Shown here: one piece after another, positions 58,459-64,000 of the stretch
Layout of the letters: every line of letters begins with the position of its first letter
Position numbering within the stretch: position 1 is the stretch's first letter
From: Candidatus Marinacidobacterium sp.
GTDB taxonomy: Bacteria; Acidobacteriota; Vicinamibacteria; Marinacidobacterales; Marinacidobacteraceae
Length of the DNA stretch: 64,000 nt
Reading direction: 5' to 3'
Assembly (NCBI GenBank): GCA_965204755.1
Contig: OZ242011.1
Coordinates: 1,088,001 to 1,152,000 of the forward strand
Notes under the pieces: model-generated
Told to the model about the DNA's origin: nothing
The model's input: the letters and a program-made list of their open reading frames with translations, nothing else
Databases searched by the model: none
Program-made: the position numbers and the translations under genes

Positions 58459-60381
58459 ATGACGAACACCACCGAGTACTCCGCGAAACAGATCACGGTC
58501 CTCGAGGGCCTGGCCCCGGTGCGGAAGCGCCCGGGCATGTACATCGGCGGCGTGGATTCCGAAGGACTCCACCACCTGGTCTGGGAACTCCTCGACAACG
58601 CCGTGGACGAGGCGATGAACGGCCACGCCTCCCGGATCGAAGTCACCCTGGAGCGCGAAGGATCCGTCATCGTCGAGGACAACGGCCGCGGCGTTCCGGT
58701 GGACCTCCACGAACCTACGGGGAAGCCGGCGCTCGAAGTCATCCTCACCACGCTCCACGCCGGCGGCAAATTCGACCGCGGGAGTTACCACGCCGCCGGC
58801 GGCCTCCACGGCGTGGGCGCGTCCGTGGTGAACGCGCTCAGCCAGTCGCTCACCGCCACGGTCAAGCGGAACCGGTGCGAGTACCGGATGTCCTTCGCCC
58901 GCGGCAAACCGCTGAACGGGATGAAGAAGCGCGAGGGAGCGACCGGAACCGGGACGCGCATCCGGTTCCTTCCGGACCCGAAGATCTTCCCGGCCACCGA
59001 GTTCTCGGCGGAGCGCATAGCGGAACGGCTGGAGGAAACCAGTTACCTGCACCGGGGACTCGAACTCCGCTTCCACGACAAGGCCGGCGGCGCACGCCCG
59101 AAGAAGTGGAAACACGAACGCGGCCTCCGGGACTACTTCGACTCGCTGGTTGCGAAGAAGGGACTCGCGCCGGCGCACGAGGCCCCGTTCGAGATCGAGA
59201 GCCAGGCGCTGAACGGCGACGGCCGGCTGGAGTTGACCCTCGGCTGGACGGAAGCCCCGCGCGAGGAGTTCCGCAGTCATGTGAACGGCATCCCGACGGG
59301 ATCCGGAGGCTCCCACGAAGCCGGATTGCGCGAAGGCGTGGCGAAGGCGGTCCGCAACTACCTGGAGACCCACTCGCTGACGCCGAGAGGACTGACGATC
59401 GCCGCCGAGGATGTGCGGGAAGGCGTGCTCGCCATCCTGAGCGTCTTCCTTCCCAACCCCCAGTTCCAGGGCCAGACCAAGGACCGACTGAACAACCCGG
59501 AGGTGCGCGCCCCGGTGGAGAACGCCGTCCGCCTGGGCCTCGAGCGGTGGCTGAACCAGTCGCCGACCGCCGCCGAACGCATCTGCAGCCGGGTGGTCCT
59601 CGCCGCCCGCGCCCGGGAAGCCTCCCGCGCCGCCTCCGCCGCGGTCTCCCGCAGGACGGAAACGCGAAAGAAGACCGTCCTCCCGGGCAAGTTGAGCGAC
59701 TGCGCCTCCCGGAACCCGGCGGAAACCGAGATCTTCATCGTCGAAGGCGACTCCGCCGGCGGCTCCGCGAAACAGGGCCGCGACCGAATGCGGCAGGCGG
59801 TGCTTCCCCTCCGCGGAAAGATCCTCAACGCCGCGCAAGCCAGCAAGGCGAAGGTCGCGGAGAACGCCGAACTGCGGGACATCGCGCTCGCCCTCGGCTG
59901 CGGAATCGACGAGAGTTGCGACCCGGACAAACTCCGGTACCAGCGCGTCGTGCTCCTCGCCGACGCCGACGCGGACGGCCACCACATCACCACCCTCCTC
60001 CTCGCCTACTTCGTCCGCTTCATGCCGAAACTGATCGAGAACCGACGCGTCTTCGTCGCCCAACCCCCGCTGTACCGGTTGGAGTTCGCCGGCGAAACCC
60101 GCTGGGCCGCCGACGAAGCCGCGAAAGAGCGAATCCTCCGCGAGCAGAAGAACGGCGCCAAGCCCAAGGCCATCACCCGCTTCAAGGGCCTCGGCGAAAT
60201 GCAGCCGTCGGTGCTCTGGGACACCACCCTGAACCCGAAGACCCGCAACCTCCTGCTCGTCGAGATGGAGTCCGCCCTCCGCGCCGACAAGTTCATCACC
60301 GACCTCATGGGCAAGGACCCCGCCGCCCGCCGCGACCTCATCCACTCCGGCGCCCCCGACCCGGAAGCCCTCGACCTGTAG
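58459..60381 (+). CDS. parE: Type IIA topoisomerase subunit B (topo IV ParE-like)
   Basis: LEGLAPVRKRPGMYIG, ELLDNAVDE, DNGRG, LHAGGKF, GLHGVGASVVNALS, FQGQTK, VEGDSAGGSAKQGR, PLRGKILN, DADADGHHI, RFKGLGEM. Confidence 0.88.
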   Translation: MTNTTEYSAKQITVLEGLAPVRKRPGMYIGGVDSEGLHHLVWELLDNAVDEAMNGHASRIEVTLEREGSVIVEDNGRGVPVDLHEPTGKPALEVILTTLHAGGKFDRGSYHAAGGLHGVGASVVNALSQSLTATVKRNRCEYRMSFARGKPLNGMKKREGATGTGTRIRFLPDPKIFPATEFSAERIAERLEETSYLHRGLELRFHDKAGGARPKKWKHERGLRDYFDSLVAKKGLAPAHEAPFEIESQALNGDGRLELTLGWTEAPREEFRSHVNGIPTGSGGSHEAGLREGVAKAVRNYLETHSLTPRGLTIAAEDVREGVLAILSVFLPNPQFQGQTKDRLNNPEVRAPVENAVRLGLERWLNQSPTAAERICSRVVLAARAREASRAASAAVSRRTETRKKTVLPGKLSDCASRNPAETEIFIVEGDSAGGSAKQGRDRMRQAVLPLRGKILNAAQASKAKVAENAELRDIALALGCGIDESCDPDKLRYQRVVLLADADADGHHITTLLLAYFVRFMPKLIENRRVFVAQPPLYRLEFAGETRWAADEAAKERILREQKNGAKPKAITRFKGLGEMQPSVLWDTTLNPKTRNLLLVEMESALRADKFITDLMGKDPAARRDLIHSGAPDPEALDL

Positions 60382-60407
60382 CGGCCCTGCCGGGGGGCCG
60401 CTCCGGG

Positions 60408-60466
60408 CGAGTTATGACCGAAGTTCATATTATGAATATGAAATCATAACTCGATGCTGTTATAAT
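60408..60466 (+). promoter_or_regulatory. AT-rich nested inverted repeat (candidate operator) + extended -10 TGtTATAAT
   Basis: CGAGTTATGA..TTCATATT-ATG-AATATGAA..TCATAACTCG (60408-60453); TATAAT at 60461-60466, 7 nt before GTG 60474. Confidence 0.75.
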
Positions 60467-60473
60467 CTCCCTC

Positions 60474-62183
60474 GTGAAGCCCCACGAGGACATCCTCCAA
60501 ATCCTTGAAAAACTGGATGAATCCGTAGCCGACTCCCTCGAGTCGGAGACCCTGGAATTCAAATCGTGGAAGCGGCCAATCGAGGATCGGAAGAGGCGCA
60601 TCCGTCGACTTCGGGAGGCGGTCGTGGCGATGGCGAACTCGCGGGGCGGGGCCATCGTGCTCGGCGTGGCCGACCGGACGCTCACGCGCGCGGCGGCGGT
60701 CCACGGCGTCGGCGACCTCGACGCCGACCTCCTCCGGCGGGACATCCACGACGGCACCGACCCCCACATCCTCGTGGACATCGAGACGGTGGACACCCCG
60801 CAGGGGCGGGTTCTCGTCCTCCGGGTCCCCCGCGGAATCCCGCCGTACACCACCGCCGAGGGCGTGGCGAAGATTCGCGTCGGCAAGGAATCGAAGCCGC
60901 TCACCGGTTCCAACCTCGCCAGGATCCTGACCACCCGGGGGCGCCGCGACCTTACGGCCGAGGCCCTCCCCGGCGCCACCCGGGACGACCTCGATCCGGA
61001 AGAGTTCCACCGCCTGCGCCGGCTGATCCGGACGCACGCCGCGGACGACGGACCGGCCCGCCTCCCCGACCGCGCGTTGGTCGAAGCGCTCGGCCTCGGC
61101 AACGGGAACGAGGACGACATCACGCTGGCGGCGGTCCTGTTCCTCGGAAAGCGCTCCGCCATCGCCCGTTTCGCGCCGCGCCACGAAGTGATCTTCACCC
61201 GGCAGTCCGGGCCGACCGGGTACGACGCCCGCCACGACCTGCGCGACCCCGTGCTGTCGGCGATCGAGACCGTTCTCGGCCTGCTGGACGCCCACACCGG
61301 GCTCACGACAGTCCGCGTCGGCGGGGCGCGGGAACAGGAGTTCCCCGATGTCGGGCCGTGGGTCGCCAGGGAGGCCCTGCTGAACGCCCTGACCCACCGG
61401 GACTACTTCGCGAGCCAATCGGTGATGGTGTCGCTCCACGACGACCGACTGGAAGTCGCGAGTCCGGGCGGTTTCCCGAACGGCGTCACCGTCCACAATG
61501 TGATCCGACACGCTCCGGTGCGCCGCAATCCCCTCGTCGCCGATGTCTTCCAGAGGATCGGCCTGGTGAACCGGGCCGGGCTCGGCGTCGACCGGATACA
61601 CACCGAACTCCTGCTCGCCGGCAAGGCCCGGCCTTCCTATACCGTCGAAAGCGACTCGACGCGCCTGTCCCTGCCGACCCGCACGAGCCCCGACTTCGTC
61701 CGCTTCCTCGACGAAGAGGCCTCGAAGGGCCGCGAATTCGATCTCGACGACCTGCTGATCCTCGACGCCCTCCGGGATACTCCGGAACTCGACCGCTCGT
61801 CCGGCGCGATCGTCATCCAATCCGACGAGAGCCACGCCGGACGCTGCCTCGTCTCGCTGCGGGAGCGCGGCTACCTGTCCCCTCGCGGTCGGGGGCCCCA
61901 TGCGAAGTACGGTCTGAGCACCGCACTCATCCACCTGCGCCGCCAGCCGGAACGCCCGCATGGCGGAGCAGCGCCCGAAGTCAGACGCCTGGTCCTGGAC
62001 GCCCTCTCGCGAGGAGACCGACTCTCCAACACCGATGTGAGAAGCCTCACCGGGCTGAGCCGGCAGGACACCGTACGGCTCATGGGCCAACTCCGCGAAG
62101 AAGGATTCGCCACCCTGGAGGGAACCCGCCGCGGCGCCCGCTACCTCCGCGGCCCCGAACTCCGGCCCCGGCGGAGCCCGTGA
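60474..62183 (+). CDS. AlbA_2 (Schlafen) + HATPase_c_4 + winged-HTH protein
   Basis: LESETLEFKS, VAMANSRGGAIVLGVAD, REALLNALTHRDY, LEVASPGG, RNPLVADVF..GLVNRAGLGVDRI; two C-terminal wHTH (L.ERGYL..GRG..Y; LSNTDVRSLTGLS..L..LREEG..G.RRGARY). Confidence 0.88.
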   Translation: MKPHEDILQILEKLDESVADSLESETLEFKSWKRPIEDRKRRIRRLREAVVAMANSRGGAIVLGVADRTLTRAAAVHGVGDLDADLLRRDIHDGTDPHILVDIETVDTPQGRVLVLRVPRGIPPYTTAEGVAKIRVGKESKPLTGSNLARILTTRGRRDLTAEALPGATRDDLDPEEFHRLRRLIRTHAADDGPARLPDRALVEALGLGNGNEDDITLAAVLFLGKRSAIARFAPRHEVIFTRQSGPTGYDARHDLRDPVLSAIETVLGLLDAHTGLTTVRVGGAREQEFPDVGPWVAREALLNALTHRDYFASQSVMVSLHDDRLEVASPGGFPNGVTVHNVIRHAPVRRNPLVADVFQRIGLVNRAGLGVDRIHTELLLAGKARPSYTVESDSTRLSLPTRTSPDFVRFLDEEASKGREFDLDDLLILDALRDTPELDRSSGAIVIQSDESHAGRCLVSLRERGYLSPRGRGPHAKYGLSTALIHLRRQPERPHGGAAPEVRRLVLDALSRGDRLSNTDVRSLTGLSRQDTVRLMGQLREEGFATLEGTRRGARYLRGPELRPRRSP

Positions 62184-62293
62184 CCTCGATATGCTCCGGT
62201 GACGCCGCGACGGTCGGACGAGCCCATGGTGTCGGCCGGATCTCCGCGGAGTGTCCCGGTCCGCCGGCGCGGCGGCCACACCCAAAGGAGACA

Positions 62294-63136
62294 ATGACGA
62301 TGCGAGTCGTAGCCATCGATCCCGCTCCCGCCAAGGAGAGCACGATGTACAGCGCCGAGGCCGGCTTCCGGTCGGTGCCGGCGTCGGAGATGCGAGGTGT
62401 CCTAGAAGACTTGGCGTCTCCGGTTCTTCTTTGCTGGGATGCTCCGCTGACCGGGCCGCGCCTTGTCGAAGAGGCCGGTTCGGGCGACGGCGACTTCTCG
62501 CAGAGGCGCCTCGACAGTTTCTTCGCCCGAAAGGAGACGGGCTTCAAGACCCCGAAGGGAATCTCCGTGCTGCCGTACGCCGGCTGTCCCCACTGGACGA
62601 TCTCGCGATCCGTTCTCGGGCTTCCCAGGGTCGGTCCGTGGGACACGGACTTCGATCGTCTGCCGTTCCATCTCCTGCCGGGAAACGCACGCGAAGCGAG
62701 CGGCGTCGCGGTGTCGCAACTGACCCGCTCCTGCGCCGTGGAGATCCATCCGGCGGTGGCCGCATGGCTCTGGTGCAAGAAGGAGTTGAGGAAGAGGAGT
62801 TGGAAGCGGGGAAAGGGATGGAAGTACAAGGGTTCTGGCAGGGACGAGGCCCTCATCGACGAGATGTGGGAGGTCATCCTCGGTCGGTGCGACGACAGTC
62901 TGCGGAGCACCCTGCGCAAGCCGGAGAGCGATGACGAGTTCGATGCCGCTGTCGGCTACATCCTCGGGGTCAAGTGGCTGCGTGGCGACGAAGAAGTGGT
63001 CCTCCTCGGCGACCGGGAGACGGGCGCCATGCTGCTTCCTCATTTGAAGGAACCCCGCGAACCTGACTTGGTGGAGAACTGGACCGCGTTCCGAGCCCGG
63101 TGGACGGAAGAGGGCGGTTCAGGCGTAGCGGAATAG
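62294..63136 (+). CDS. DUF429-like predicted RNase H-fold nuclease
   Basis: VVAIDPA, LLCWDAPL, SQRRLD, VEIHPA, DDEFDAAV; AAGGAG RBS; lower GC3. Confidence 0.65.
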   Translation: MTMRVVAIDPAPAKESTMYSAEAGFRSVPASEMRGVLEDLASPVLLCWDAPLTGPRLVEEAGSGDGDFSQRRLDSFFARKETGFKTPKGISVLPYAGCPHWTISRSVLGLPRVGPWDTDFDRLPFHLLPGNAREASGVAVSQLTRSCAVEIHPAVAAWLWCKKELRKRSWKRGKGWKYKGSGRDEALIDEMWEVILGRCDDSLRSTLRKPESDDEFDAAVGYILGVKWLRGDEEVVLLGDRETGAMLLPHLKEPREPDLVENWTAFRARWTEEGGSGVAE

Positions 63137-64000
63137 CGGGGGGAAGGCGATCACGACGACCGCGGCCCAGGCGGAGTACACCGGCAGGTAGGCGGTCTGC
63201 CATCGCTCGAGGGCGCGGAAGGAACCGCGGCCGAAGAGGAAGCGGCCGTAGAGCCAGGCCGACCAGCCGAGGTTGGCCAGGATGACCAGGTTCTCGCCGA
63301 GGGCGGCGGTCTTGTTGGGGCTGAAGCCGAAGTCGGAGATCCGGGAAACGATGCCGGCGAGGGCGGCGACATCCATCAGGAGCGCGACGGCCACGAGGGC
63401 GCCGGTCAGCCAGTCGAAGAGTCCCGGCGGCGCGTCGGGGTCGCGGGAGGCCACGACATAGATCAGCAGGCCGAGCACCAGCGCGAGGAGCAGGTCGAAG
63501 GCGATCAGGACTTCGCGGTCGGCGCCGAGGCCCCTGCCGGTCCAAGCCATCGCGCCGAGGAAGACCAGGAGGACGGCGGCGACCAGCGGGGTGAACACTC
63601 GAGCCAGCATCGGCGCGATCTGCTGGGTCGTCTTGCCCCAGGTCTCGGCGAGCCAGGCGCAGACCACGACGGCGCCGGCCGCCGCGGAGGGAATCACCCA
63701 ACTGAGGACCGCGTCTTCGACCGGGATCTCGATTACGGCGAACATCGCCTGGGACAGCGCGACGAGCAGCCCGCCGCCGGCCGCGACGAGGACGAAGGTG
63801 ATGAACCACCCGCCGGAGAAACGCACGAACGCAAGGCGCTGCCCGACTTCGTTCCAGCGGCTCCCGGCATAGGCGGCGCCGACCGCGAGCCAAAGGGCGA
63901 TCGGCAAGTGCACCGTCGCGAGGTCGCCGGAAGCGCCGTTCGGCGCGAAGGGGTAGAGATGCGCCACGAATCCGGCGACGAGGAACGGCGCCGCGAGCAG
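63119..64000 (-). CDS. Polytopic membrane protein/permease (5' end outside the window)
   Basis: HLPIALW, FVRFSG, IAPMLARVFTP, DREVLIAFD, RISDFGFSPNKTAALGENL, VVIAFPPLF. Confidence 0.8.
   Translation of the reverse strand: MLAAPFLVAGFVAHLYPFAPNGASGDLATVHLPIALWLAVGAAYAGSRWNEVGQRLAFVRFSGGWFITFVLVAAGGGLLVALSQAMFAVIEIPVEDAVLSWVIPSAAAGAVVVCAWLAETWGKTTQQIAPMLARVFTPLVAAVLLVFLGAMAWTGRGLGADREVLIAFDLLLALVLGLLIYVVASRDPDAPPGLFDWLTGALVAVALLMDVAALAGIVSRISDFGFSPNKTAALGENLVILANLGWSAWLYGRFLFGRGSFRALERWQTAYLPVYSAWAAVVVIAFPPLFRYA

Overview
Very GC-rich bacterial chromosomal segment. The gene repertoire tentatively resembles Acidobacteriota or a similar lineage; this is inference only. The housekeeping backbone comprises dnaG (partial), larB, an acyl-CoA ligase, gatB, mqnD, coaX, acnA, an Fpg/Nei glycosylase, cstA, trmJ, hisS, rho, rplU-rpmA-obgE-nadD-rsfS, a LapA/LapB-like protein, comF, an ECF sigma/STAS cluster and a type IIA topoisomerase pair (A subunit then B). 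Several defence or DNA-processing inserts interrupt it: a complete three-gene Lamassu (ABC-3C) system with an HNH effector; an amino-MTase fused to an apparently dead Mrr-like nuclease; an Hhe-like DUF4011-helicase-Vsr gene bracketed by a 14-bp direct repeat; a membrane-anchored SbcCD/YhaNO-like pair; and an AlbA_2(Schlafen)-HATPase-wHTH gene plus a DUF429-like gene behind an AT-rich palindromic operator. Three things stand out. (1) A translationally coupled tandem array of five intact, mosaic Uma2-family nuclease paralogs (25238-29322) whose variable blocks are shuffled between copies. (2) A near-complete window-wide absence of the palindromes AGCT and ACGT, which are replaced by exactly their C->T products. 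(3) A secreted matrixin pair, one active and one with an E->Q catalytic substitution, flanking a lipoprotein and facing a free-standing prodomain/TIMP-like gene. I recognised no rRNA, tRNA, CRISPR array, integrase or transposase. All calls come from motif recognition by eye, not from database searches.
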